A program made the position numbers and the translations under genes. The notes under the pieces are model-generated. The model ran no database searches and had not been told where the DNA came from. It saw nothing but the letters and a program-made list of their open reading frames with translations. From contig JBEHXF010000032.1 of NCBI GenBank assembly GCA_048498835.1, positions 1 through 23,226 on the forward strand: 23,226 nt of DNA, given 5' to 3'. This DNA is from Chlamydiota bacterium. Its GTDB lineage: Bacteria; Chlamydiota; Chlamydiia; Chlamydiales; SM23-39. Below, piece after piece: positions 1-8,224 of this stretch. Positions within the stretch are counted from its first letter, which is position 1. Each line of letters begins with the position of its first letter.

Positions 1-155
1 GGCGCAGGTGACGGGTTTTCCTGCAATGTCTGGGAGCCGATGGGTTTGCCTGTTTTTAGGTATAACTCGATGAGGCCCAATAAGACAGCTTGCTCGCGGT
101 CGGTTTTGGGTAGCTTCTTAGCGGGGAGGGATTTATAAGGGCTATTTTTCATCAT
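1..155 (-). CDS. hrcA: Heat-inducible transcription repressor HrcA, N-terminal part (runs off window start)
   Basis: Not in the ORF track. Manual translation from ATG 155 (or 152) gives MMKNSPYKSLPAKKLPKTDREQAVLLGLIELYLKTGKPIGSQTLQEN, matching the HrcA wHTH start (R..L..I..Y..TG.P.GS..L). A CIRCE-like operator and a promoter lie directly upstream. Confidence 0.88.
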   Translation of the reverse strand, partial: MMKNSPYKSLPAKKLPKTDREQAVLLGLIELYLKTGKPIGSQTLQENPSPA

Positions 156-177
156 AAACCATTCGTTCCAAGACCGT

Positions 178-206
178 ATTGTATCAAATTGGCACTCGAT
201 AAGCAA
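178..206 (-). promoter_or_regulatory. sigma66/sigma70-type promoter of hrcA
   Basis: Minus strand reads TTGCTT (206-201), 17 nt, TACAAT (183-178), with an extended -10 (TGaTACAAT). The -10 lies 22 nt upstream of the hrcA ATG. Confidence 0.75.
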
Positions 207-211
207 GTTTT

Positions 212-238
212 TTAGCAATCTTTAGCTTCGATTGCTTA
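212..238. promoter_or_regulatory. CIRCE operator (HrcA binding site)
   Basis: TTAGCAATC-N9-GATTGCTTA versus consensus TTAGCACTC-N9-GAGTGCTAA: 3 mismatches, exact 9-nt spacer, 5 nt upstream of the hrcA -35. Confidence 0.8.
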
Positions 239-351
239 ATATTTATCATAAATAACTGACTATAAACGGAATATGGAAATATAAAAAAGATAGAGAATAC
301 CTAAATATAGGGATGGCAAAGTATACTAAAGAGAAAATTAGGATCCGTTTT

Positions 352-1335
352 ATGAACCCTTCAAAGCATGCGGAACTGAGCGATGAGTTATGGCTATCGA
401 TTGCTTCATGGCTGCCAACTAAAGATCAGTTCAATTTAAGCATCTCAGCTAAGCGTTATAACAACATTGTGCTGGAGTGCTGGAGTAAGCGGTGTGATGA
501 ATCAAAGAGTTTGCGCAAAAGAATGAGAGCTCCTGTTCCTGCAGTGGAAAATATTGGTGTAAGGATAGCTCTAGCTAAAGGAGTCATTCAGAAATCGAAA
601 GATTTCCCTTTAGGGCAAAGTCCCGATAAAAGGCAGAAAATCGGCCCTGATCGTGCGATAGCAGCAGCAGAAACGAACGATGAACGTGATTTGATTGCTC
701 TGGAAGGAATGATGCTTCGGTTGCCCTTTGCGCAAGAGTTTTTAGCTCGATTGATGGCCGGAAATAGCGCTCCTGATAGGAAGATTAGTCAAATCTATGA
801 ATGGATGGATCAAGAAAGGGAGAGCATTCGTACTGTGGAAGAATTCAATTTGAGTTTCTTGAATCGAGCATCTCTACAGACCTACGACATTCCAAATGAT
901 TTGCTGGAAGGAAGTAAAGTGATTGACCAGCTTCCTAGTGATTCTTTAGCTCACTTTTCTCGGTTGCAAAAATTAAATCTTCAAGGTTTAGCCTTAAATT
1001 CTCTTCCTCACAGTTTAGTACAATGTCCTGTTCAGGAACTCAATCTTGCAGAGAATAATTTTAACGAGATTCCCGAAGTTGTGTATCGAATGCAAGAGTT
1101 GAGAGTTCTCGATTTGTCAGGTAATCGTTATCTAGTGGGTTCTTTAGATCGGTTGTCTCAATGCCCAAATTTGCGAGAGTTGAAAATTCAGCAGACTGGT
1201 TTTGCCACTGAAGAGATTCGCTCTCTCGCAAATCTAAGAAAAGATCTCCAAATCGTCAGTGATTTTTTGCCGGCATTTGCAAGAGCCGATTCTCAAACAG
1301 CAACGCAACCTGATTCTCAAATGGATTTGGATTGA
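352..1335 (+). CDS. F-box-like / leucine-rich-repeat protein, candidate secreted effector
   Basis: N-terminal ELSDELWLSIASWLPTKDQFNLSISAKRYNNIV resembles an F-box. C-terminal LxxLxLxxN-type repeats: LQKLNLQGL, VQELNLAENNF, LRVLDLSGNRY, LRELKIQQTGF. ORF is open from 313; ATG 352 is preferred because it places the F-box at the N-terminus. Confidence 0.72.
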   Translation: MNPSKHAELSDELWLSIASWLPTKDQFNLSISAKRYNNIVLECWSKRCDESKSLRKRMRAPVPAVENIGVRIALAKGVIQKSKDFPLGQSPDKRQKIGPDRAIAAAETNDERDLIALEGMMLRLPFAQEFLARLMAGNSAPDRKISQIYEWMDQERESIRTVEEFNLSFLNRASLQTYDIPNDLLEGSKVIDQLPSDSLAHFSRLQKLNLQGLALNSLPHSLVQCPVQELNLAENNFNEIPEVVYRMQELRVLDLSGNRYLVGSLDRLSQCPNLRELKIQQTGFATEEIRSLANLRKDLQIVSDFLPAFARADSQTATQPDSQMDLD

Positions 1336-1473
1336 TTTCAAAATTATCTGTTGTTATTCTCTTTGTGCTTTAGGTGAATTTGTTAACTGATCAATCATTT
1401 TGATCTTTAAGAAATCTTTACAATATTTTCTAGATCTTATAGGATCAGGAAATCAGAGAGAGAGGAAGAAGTT

Positions 1474-2091
1474 ATGTCTGCCGGTGTAAGTGCATTTAAT
1501 AGAAGCCATCAATCCTCCGTTGTTTGGACGGGAATGGAAAAAGCCAAAGGGAGCAGTTCGCAACCCTGTACACCAGAAAATGGATCTCCAGCTATTTCAC
1601 CAAAAAACCTCGCTAAAGGAAAGCCTCCATTACTTGAGTTGCCTCCATCCCCCTCTTGGAATAGTGATCCAAGAGTTTTGCGTCATATGGGAGAAGTTTT
1701 GACAAGATTTTTGCAGGATAAGCATCGAGGTCCAACGCACGAGGAATTTCTCAGCATGGTAAACTCAAAGAGCTTTAAAGTGGAGCCAACAACAGACCCT
1801 AAAAAGCTTATTGAAGTGGCTTGGAAAGCTATTATAAATGAAGATGGCCCGGTTACTTATCATTTACCTGTTCCATATGTTTTGGCGCATGATGATGCGT
1901 TGCATAAGATTCAAAATATAGCGGAGCATTTTGGTCGGACGGTCGATACGTCAAATAAAGCATCGACAATGAAAATCCGAATTAGTGCGCGTCCTTTGGT
2001 TGAGGAAGTTCCAATGAATCGAAGGGAATTAAAAGAAATAGAAGATGCTCGCGAAATTGAGAGAGAGGTTCCTGCAGGTTGTTGGTATTAA
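1474..2091 (+). CDS. Hypothetical protein with Ser/Pro-rich disordered N-terminus
   Basis: 205-aa ORF with a GAGGAAG RBS-like sequence upstream and no recognised domain. Its stop overlaps the gdh stop (TTAA 2088-2091). Confidence 0.6.
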   Translation: MSAGVSAFNRSHQSSVVWTGMEKAKGSSSQPCTPENGSPAISPKNLAKGKPPLLELPPSPSWNSDPRVLRHMGEVLTRFLQDKHRGPTHEEFLSMVNSKSFKVEPTTDPKKLIEVAWKAIINEDGPVTYHLPVPYVLAHDDALHKIQNIAEHFGRTVDTSNKASTMKIRISARPLVEEVPMNRRELKEIEDAREIEREVPAGCWY

Positions 2092-5000
2092 GGACTGTCC
2101 CCAATAATATGAGGGTCTTGGGCTACTTGGTCGAGGACGTCGGCGATGGAGGGGGCCCACTCGAGGCCGCGGGTGTAGACGAGATGAGAGGCGAGGAAGG
2201 CGGAGATGATTGCCTTCTTATGAATGTCTGGGATCTGGAGAACTCGATCGGCGTAGCGCTTGCGGAGTAGCGGGGGGCAATAGGTCAGCAGGCAGCGAAT
2301 GAGGGGATCCTTCGGATTGTTGCTGAGAGGCAGAGGATCGAGGTGGTCGAGTAGCTGGTATTTATAGAGGTTGATCCGCTCGGAGACCTTTTCTGAAAGC
2401 TCGGTGCAATAAGCGCCGGTCGCTTTGTGTGTATCGAGGATGAGATTCGCTTCATTGAGCGCCGCTTTGCGGATGATCTCCAGTACTTCTTGAACGTATT
2501 CTTTTTTCTCTTTTAAGAATTCTTCTTCCGAGAGGCAGAGGCTCGCTAGCACTTCGAAGGAAGAGCAAGTGACGCCACCTTTATTGCACGAGCTATCTTT
2601 CATGATGATCACACCGAGTTTTTCAAGCGCGCGGCGAGCGCCGGGTGTGAGGTAGAGATTGGCTCCTTCGACAATCGCTTTTGAAGTGGGTTGGCCTGTT
2701 TCGTCGAGATAAGAGGTGTAATTGGAATCGTTGAGGGTGCGTGGGCGACCACCGCCTGGCATGAAGATATCGGCTTTGGTTTGATGGACGTTGGAACGGA
2801 AGAGCTGGTTCATCTCATTTCCTGAGAGCCACTCTTGAGTGAGCTTGCCGTTTTCTTTGCGCCAGCAGAGGGTTTGCTGAGCGTAGGAGCTTTCGTCTCG
2901 TTTGGTTTGAAGATCGAGAAGGAAGCCGCCGTCGTGGAGTTTGTCAGGAGGATAAAAACGGATCGCTTGCCCTTTTTTAAAGAGAGCGTCGAGCTCTTGC
3001 AGATCGAGTCCTTGTGGATCATTGATGGTGCCAGAACCGTCAGTAAGGGCAAGGAGCTTGGCCGTTTTAGGATAGAGTGTGGCAAGGATGTGGAGTTCGT
3101 TGCCTGCGACGTCACCATCAGGCCCGCCTGAAATTTTGATCGTGAAGGGGTCTTTTTCTGGATCAATGCCGAGATAGAGAAGCGTTTGGTGGAGATAGAC
3201 GTTTACCCCGTAAGAGGTGACGCCGTATTCTTTGTGATTGATGCCAGCGCCAGGCTTACTGCTGATGAACGAGCGGCCCGGTTTATAATTGCAGGCAACG
3301 GCATAGGCGGCAATCCAAACAATCATGTCGTTGAGCATATTCTCATCTGGGCCGAGATAAATATATTCGGGGCGTTGCCAATAGTCGAGCACGTCGGAGG
3401 CGATTAGGCGACCTTCTTCATCGCAATTGATGAGCGTCATAAAACACTCTATGAAGCAGCGCTGAGAGGCATAGAGATAGGCGAGCTTGTGATTTTGTCG
3501 ATAGGCTTTTAGTTTGTCGTCGACATCGACTGTGCCATCGGCTTCGAGTTGTTTTTTATAGATCTCTTCTTCTCGGGCAAAGACATCGAAAGGGGCGAGG
3601 AGAATGGCTGTTTTAGCGCCTCCTTCCGGAATGTCTTTGTTTTTTTTCTGCTGGGTGTAGGCGAGATTGTAAGCTTCGGAGAAAATCGTGTTTCGCTCGA
3701 GGTAATAATTTTCCCATCGTTCGGGAATCACGGTGCGAACGCCGCCGCGAGCGAGATCTTTAAAGCGGATGTTAAAACCGATAAAATGCATCCCTCGGAT
3801 AAAGAAAATGCCGTAGGGGAGTTCGGGGAATTTTTCTTTTCTCTCAAATGGAACGTGGTCGAGATACGCGGGATCGAGTCGGAATGAAAAACCGGTTTTA
3901 TTCGGGCGGTAGAAGTTGGTTTTCAGAGTGTAGAGAATGAATTGATGCGCCTGTTTCAGAATATTTTTGCGCCGCTGATCGTTGATGGGCTGTCCTGTAT
4001 CGAGTTTGTCGACGAGCTCAAGGAACTGTTTGCTGATTTTTTCGAAGTTGTCGAGGTTGTTTTTTTGAGGATGGAATTTAGCTTGGAAAGCCTTGCAAAG
4101 ATGAACGGTGAGTTCCGGATGGCGGCAGAGCCCTTCTTGAATATGCTCCAGCGAATAGAGGTTCGGATCGGCGTAAACGAGCGTTTGATGCGTAAATGAG
4201 GCCATATTTCGGACGAGATGGGCCTCATTGCCGGTGAGAAGGTGCGTTTTGACGAAAGTCTCGTGAAATAGATCGTCTGTATTGAAGTATTTGACGAGGC
4301 ACAGTTCCCGGAGGAAATCGTCGATATCGGCCTCTTCCCAAGCCTCTTTCTCTTTTAGGCCATGAAGACCGATTGAAAGAATCAAGATGCTTTCGGTGCT
4401 ATACGGCTCGATGTAAGTTGCGACGACTTTTCTCAGCGCCAGGCCATGACCGTTGATGATCTGCGCTAGGCGATAGAGGAAACCCGCCTTGGGCACATTG
4501 CGCCAAGCGAGGACGAGTTGAAGGGAAGGGGCTCCCTTCTTTTCCCAGTCTGGATTTTTCCTGATTTCAAATTGGCATTCATCTTGCTGCTTCGCGCGGA
4601 AAAAGACGTCGAGGGCCATCGTGAGTCGCTCATTGTTGAGCGAATGGATGAAGCGGGGGGTGAGACCGTGGAGGAGGCTCTCAAAGTCCTTATCGTCGAT
4701 TTGCGAGTTGCGGTTTTGAATGAGTTGTCTGAGCTCTTCTCGTCTTTCCGGCTCCAATTGTCTTCTCTGATCTTTGGAGACATCGCGAAAATGGAGAATG
4801 GCGATCCGGAGGTTCCCTTTTTTCTCTCCTGGCGGCGGTTCATTTGAGATAAAAGCTTGATAATAGCGGATGCCGTAATGGCCGTAGTTTTTTAAGATTT
4901 TTAGGTCGGCGTCAGGACCATCTTGGCAGAGGACGATGGCCATTTGCTTAAAATGGATTTGGGAAAACCGATCTTGGAGCTGGAAACTCATCAAGTTTCG

Positions 5001-5162
5001 AGCGACCAAGACCAGCATTTCAAGGTCCAGTTCTTGTAGAAATTTAGGCGGCATGTGCCGCTCAATCCATTGAAGTGACTTCTCAAATTCTTGAGATTCA
5101 AGGGCAATGGCCGCTTTTAGCTCAGATGAGGATAGGGCCGGGTGTGATGAGTCGTCAGGCAT
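2088..5162 (-). CDS. gdhB: Large NAD-specific glutamate dehydrogenase (~1000-aa GDH2-type)
   Basis: Motifs ARGGVR, KNKDIPEGGAK, YLGPDENM, SSKPGAGINHKEYGVTS, GGPDGDVAGN, VEGANLY and DSSCNKGGVTCSSFE, plus a long N-terminal extension. Confidence 0.92.
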   Translation of the reverse strand: MPDDSSHPALSSSELKAAIALESQEFEKSLQWIERHMPPKFLQELDLEMLVLVARNLMSFQLQDRFSQIHFKQMAIVLCQDGPDADLKILKNYGHYGIRYYQAFISNEPPPGEKKGNLRIAILHFRDVSKDQRRQLEPERREELRQLIQNRNSQIDDKDFESLLHGLTPRFIHSLNNERLTMALDVFFRAKQQDECQFEIRKNPDWEKKGAPSLQLVLAWRNVPKAGFLYRLAQIINGHGLALRKVVATYIEPYSTESILILSIGLHGLKEKEAWEEADIDDFLRELCLVKYFNTDDLFHETFVKTHLLTGNEAHLVRNMASFTHQTLVYADPNLYSLEHIQEGLCRHPELTVHLCKAFQAKFHPQKNNLDNFEKISKQFLELVDKLDTGQPINDQRRKNILKQAHQFILYTLKTNFYRPNKTGFSFRLDPAYLDHVPFERKEKFPELPYGIFFIRGMHFIGFNIRFKDLARGGVRTVIPERWENYYLERNTIFSEAYNLAYTQQKKNKDIPEGGAKTAILLAPFDVFAREEEIYKKQLEADGTVDVDDKLKAYRQNHKLAYLYASQRCFIECFMTLINCDEEGRLIASDVLDYWQRPEYIYLGPDENMLNDMIVWIAAYAVACNYKPGRSFISSKPGAGINHKEYGVTSYGVNVYLHQTLLYLGIDPEKDPFTIKISGGPDGDVAGNELHILATLYPKTAKLLALTDGSGTINDPQGLDLQELDALFKKGQAIRFYPPDKLHDGGFLLDLQTKRDESSYAQQTLCWRKENGKLTQEWLSGNEMNQLFRSNVHQTKADIFMPGGGRPRTLNDSNYTSYLDETGQPTSKAIVEGANLYLTPGARRALEKLGVIIMKDSSCNKGGVTCSSFEVLASLCLSEEEFLKEKKEYVQEVLEIIRKAALNEANLILDTHKATGAYCTELSEKVSERINLYKYQLLDHLDPLPLSNNPKDPLIRCLLTYCPPLLRKRYADRVLQIPDIHKKAIISAFLASHLVYTRGLEWAPSIADVLDQVAQDPHIIGDSP

Positions 5163-5187
5163 ATTTTCTTATCTAACTGAAATGAGA

Positions 5188-6165
5188 TCACTTGTCCATC
5201 AGTTCTTGATAAGGGATCAGGACTTCTCTCCATTTCGCAAAATAGGCGCTCATTCCTGCAAAGCTACCTGTGCTTAGTATCTCTACTCGCTTTTTTGAAG
5301 CGGGATCGAGACGGTTGATCGCTGTATTGCATCCATGTCCCTGCTCAAACAGGTGTATTTCCGATTGCAAAATAGAGGCCGATGGGGAGAGGAGGTTTCT
5401 ATTTTTCAATCCTTGCAAAAGCTCTGCTTCGACGGTGGGCTGAATAGGCATATTGGATTGGGCTACAATCAAGTGTTCTCCCGTTCCAGTCAAGTGGACA
5501 AAGTGGGTGAGGTTCATGATTCTTGAAAATCCATTTGCGCCGTAATACTGATAAGAAAACTGGGGAGGTTCTGGATCGATCACGCGTAAATAAAGATGAT
5601 GGTATTTCGTCTGGTGTTGAAAATTGTTTTGTCCCTTAATTTGAAAAAGAGTCGCTGTGGTGCAGAGGATTTTTTCCACCTCCACCGATCGGTTATCTGT
5701 CGTTAATACGATTCCTTCAGAAGCACATTCGACCTCTTTGACCTTCGTATTTAAAAACAGATCGATTCCCACTTTCTCAATCATCTGCACCAGATGATCG
5801 ATCAGTTCAAAACACCCTTTTGAAAAATAAAATCCGTTCCCGTGTTTATTTTTCCCTTCGCTTTCAGCAAAAGGATCGTCCATATCCACGATTTTGCATC
5901 CCGCATAAATTTCTAAAAACTCTTTCATTTTCTTGTCAGATCCGATCTGATGACAGCCGAGATCGACATGAGAGATGCCGCAAACATCGATTGCCTTCCA
6001 AGCGCCGCCGCACTCTGGAGCTTGTTCAAAAATCGCTACTTTCTTGCCGCTGCTATGGTGATAAAGAGCTTCAAACAACGAAATGGGACTCGATCCAATG
6101 ACTGCGATATCGTAATCGGCAGCCCAACCGTGAATAACGAAACAAAGTAAGAAAAATAGACGCAT
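5188..6165 (-). CDS. FAD/NAD(P)-binding oxidoreductase-like protein with putative signal peptide
   Basis: YDIAVIGSSPISL...GKKVAIFEQAPECGGAW...DLGCH is a Rossmann beta-alpha-beta plus the GG motif of flavoproteins. It is preceded by signal-like MRLFFLLCFVIHGWA. Confidence 0.7.
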   Translation of the reverse strand: MRLFFLLCFVIHGWAADYDIAVIGSSPISLFEALYHHSSGKKVAIFEQAPECGGAWKAIDVCGISHVDLGCHQIGSDKKMKEFLEIYAGCKIVDMDDPFAESEGKNKHGNGFYFSKGCFELIDHLVQMIEKVGIDLFLNTKVKEVECASEGIVLTTDNRSVEVEKILCTTATLFQIKGQNNFQHQTKYHHLYLRVIDPEPPQFSYQYYGANGFSRIMNLTHFVHLTGTGEHLIVAQSNMPIQPTVEAELLQGLKNRNLLSPSASILQSEIHLFEQGHGCNTAINRLDPASKKRVEILSTGSFAGMSAYFAKWREVLIPYQELMDK

Positions 6166-6223
6166 CCGCCACCTTTTTTTGGGCTACGGATCATAAAGAA
6201 TTTTTTGATTATTTATGAATAGA

Positions 6224-7285
6224 TTATTTAGGTAAGTATGATTTTAGATAAGCAATTCGATCGGTAAAGGAAGGATGGGTCAACTTCCGTAAGCGATGAT
6301 TTCCTTCTGAATCGTAATGCCACTTGAGAGCGGGGATTTTGTTTCTTGCATACTTGCCGTATTTTTGCCCATTTTCCATATAATAAATTCCACCAGGGAT
6401 GGAATTTGGTCCCAACTGCGCGGCCGTTAAATCGGCTTCCATTTCGCAATTTCGACTATGAATGATTTTAAGTGCGGGAGGGATGGTAAGAGCTAGGAGA
6501 AATAGCCCAATCGCACCTGCAATGACAAATAGATGGGGCACGGATAAGACAAGCGCAGAGATGAGAGCAAGAGCGACAATCCCGACACAAATGGCGAGGA
6601 ATTTTTTGGAGACGATCCAATCGGTTATCTTGCCCATCAGGTTACCGCTGCCATGCGTATGTTCATGGAGTATGTGGGCCATTTCATGACGCAATATAAA
6701 CTCTTTTCCTTTCTGCGATAGTTCAGGATCTCGTATATCCAATAAAAATCGAATGAGAGCTGTTTTGTCCTCAGCGGTTAATGTGGTTTTTTTGTACCCG
6801 CAAAGTTTTTTTGTATAGTCGGCCACTTCTTGTAAAAAAGCGTCTGATTCGAGTCGAGGATCGTCAATACCTGTGATTTTGTATTGGTTGGGAATATCTT
6901 TGCTTTGGATTCCGAAGAGATAAGAGAGATGGATGGTACTTTCTCCATCCGGTGTTTTCTTCGCTGAGGGAAATACGGCCATGTTTTCGAAGATGATCAC
7001 CTGAGGACAGGAGCTTTCAGGACTCATTTCAGCTGCAATGGTTTTGATATTTAATTCACGTAATCGACGCTCTAAAAAGGAGGGCTCGTTTTGCTTAATT
7101 ACAACTACAACTGGTTGCAGAGGTTCAGCCGGAACCAGGTACGATGAAAATGCTGCTGCGGCAAGAGCCATGACGGCAGGAATCGTTCCGCAAGAAGAGG
7201 CGGCTACAGCGGCTAAGGCGCTACTTACGAATATTCCGAATTGGTTTGGATCTCGTAAAAAGGAAGTGATGTTAGAGACGGCCAT
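6224..7285 (-). CDS. M48-like zinc metallopeptidase, membrane-associated (paralog 3 in transcription order)
   Basis: HEMAH, hydrophobic hairpin, EMEAD, THPS..RI. An additional N-terminal hydrophobic hairpin is present. Confidence 0.8.
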   Translation of the reverse strand: MAVSNITSFLRDPNQFGIFVSSALAAVAASSCGTIPAVMALAAAAFSSYLVPAEPLQPVVVVIKQNEPSFLERRLRELNIKTIAAEMSPESSCPQVIIFENMAVFPSAKKTPDGESTIHLSYLFGIQSKDIPNQYKITGIDDPRLESDAFLQEVADYTKKLCGYKKTTLTAEDKTALIRFLLDIRDPELSQKGKEFILRHEMAHILHEHTHGSGNLMGKITDWIVSKKFLAICVGIVALALISALVLSVPHLFVIAGAIGLFLLALTIPPALKIIHSRNCEMEADLTAAQLGPNSIPGGIYYMENGQKYGKYARNKIPALKWHYDSEGNHRLRKLTHPSFTDRIAYLKSYLPK

Positions 7286-8159
7286 CTTTTTCCAGTTTTT
7301 TTAAGTGTTGAATTCTTTGGGCATCGGTTGGGTGTCGGTCAAACCAAGACGGGTTTGGACTACTCGGATTGAGTTGAAGATAGGTCTCAAAAAAGTGGAT
7401 AGCGCCTTTTAAACAGGCGGGAGCATATTTTATTGATGTCGCATCGGCTTCGTATTCATAAGATCTACTAATATAAGCTTTATATAGCTCTCGGCTAATC
7501 GGAGAGGAGAGTAGGACAATGAGCACTAAGCTTGCCGCAATTAAAACGACAGGCAAGAGATGGATGTGTAAAGCGAAAATGACGACCAGCGCACATCCGA
7601 TGAGGAAAGTGATGAGAAGGGCTAACTTAGTTGCGTGAGGTTTTGGTTTAAATTCTTGAGGAAGGATGCTTCCATGGGTGTGTTCGTGAAATGAATGAGC
7701 CAATTCATGGGCGATTAAAAAATTTGTCCCTTGTTTCGAAAGAGTTGGATTGCATGAATAAACGAGAAAAAATTTCAAAGCTTCTCTTGTTTCGTCGTTG
7801 AGAATTGTTCGCTGGAATGCAAAGAGATCTTTCGACCAATTTGAAAATTTTTGCAAAAACGAATCCGATTGCAATTTCGGATCAGAAGGGCCGCTGACCC
7901 GATATTCAGCAGGGATATCTTTAGCATTTATGGCAAAAAGATAGGGGAGAAATAAGATGGTATCGCTCATTTTTGCTGAGTCGGCAATCTGTTGTGTAAG
8001 GCGGAATTCAGGTACTTGAATCGACATTTGATTCGCTAGTATTTGAATCGTTGGATAGAGCTCGTTCGCCCGTCTATGTTTATAGGAGACGGTAGGAGCC
8101 GCTGCTTTAGCGGGCGCTGGGTTCCACCAAGAATTAAATGCTTGTCTAATTGAATTCAT
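7272..8159 (-). CDS. M48-like zinc metallopeptidase, membrane-associated (paralog 2)
   Basis: HELAH, hydrophobic hairpin, EYEAD, RHPTDAQRI. Overlaps the next gene by 14 nt. Confidence 0.8.
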   Translation of the reverse strand: MNSIRQAFNSWWNPAPAKAAAPTVSYKHRRANELYPTIQILANQMSIQVPEFRLTQQIADSAKMSDTILFLPYLFAINAKDIPAEYRVSGPSDPKLQSDSFLQKFSNWSKDLFAFQRTILNDETREALKFFLVYSCNPTLSKQGTNFLIAHELAHSFHEHTHGSILPQEFKPKPHATKLALLITFLIGCALVVIFALHIHLLPVVLIAASLVLIVLLSSPISRELYKAYISRSYEYEADATSIKYAPACLKGAIHFFETYLQLNPSSPNPSWFDRHPTDAQRIQHLKKLEKDGRL

Positions 8160-8224
8160 GCAACTATTTTACATGAATAATTGCGATTTTGTTATTAATT
8201 TTTATCCCGAAATAAAATGGCATT

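Noticed and set aside
1389..1405. GATCAA-N5-TTGATC inverted repeat as an FNR box
   Set aside because: Arm orientation and spacing are wrong for TTGAT-N4-ATCAA, and a 6-bp stem in AT-rich DNA may be chance.
2079..4847. Many 60-125-aa ORFs within gdh (likewise inside the ATPase, M18, serS and E1 genes)
   Set aside because: Alternative-frame or antisense shadows of strongly supported genes.
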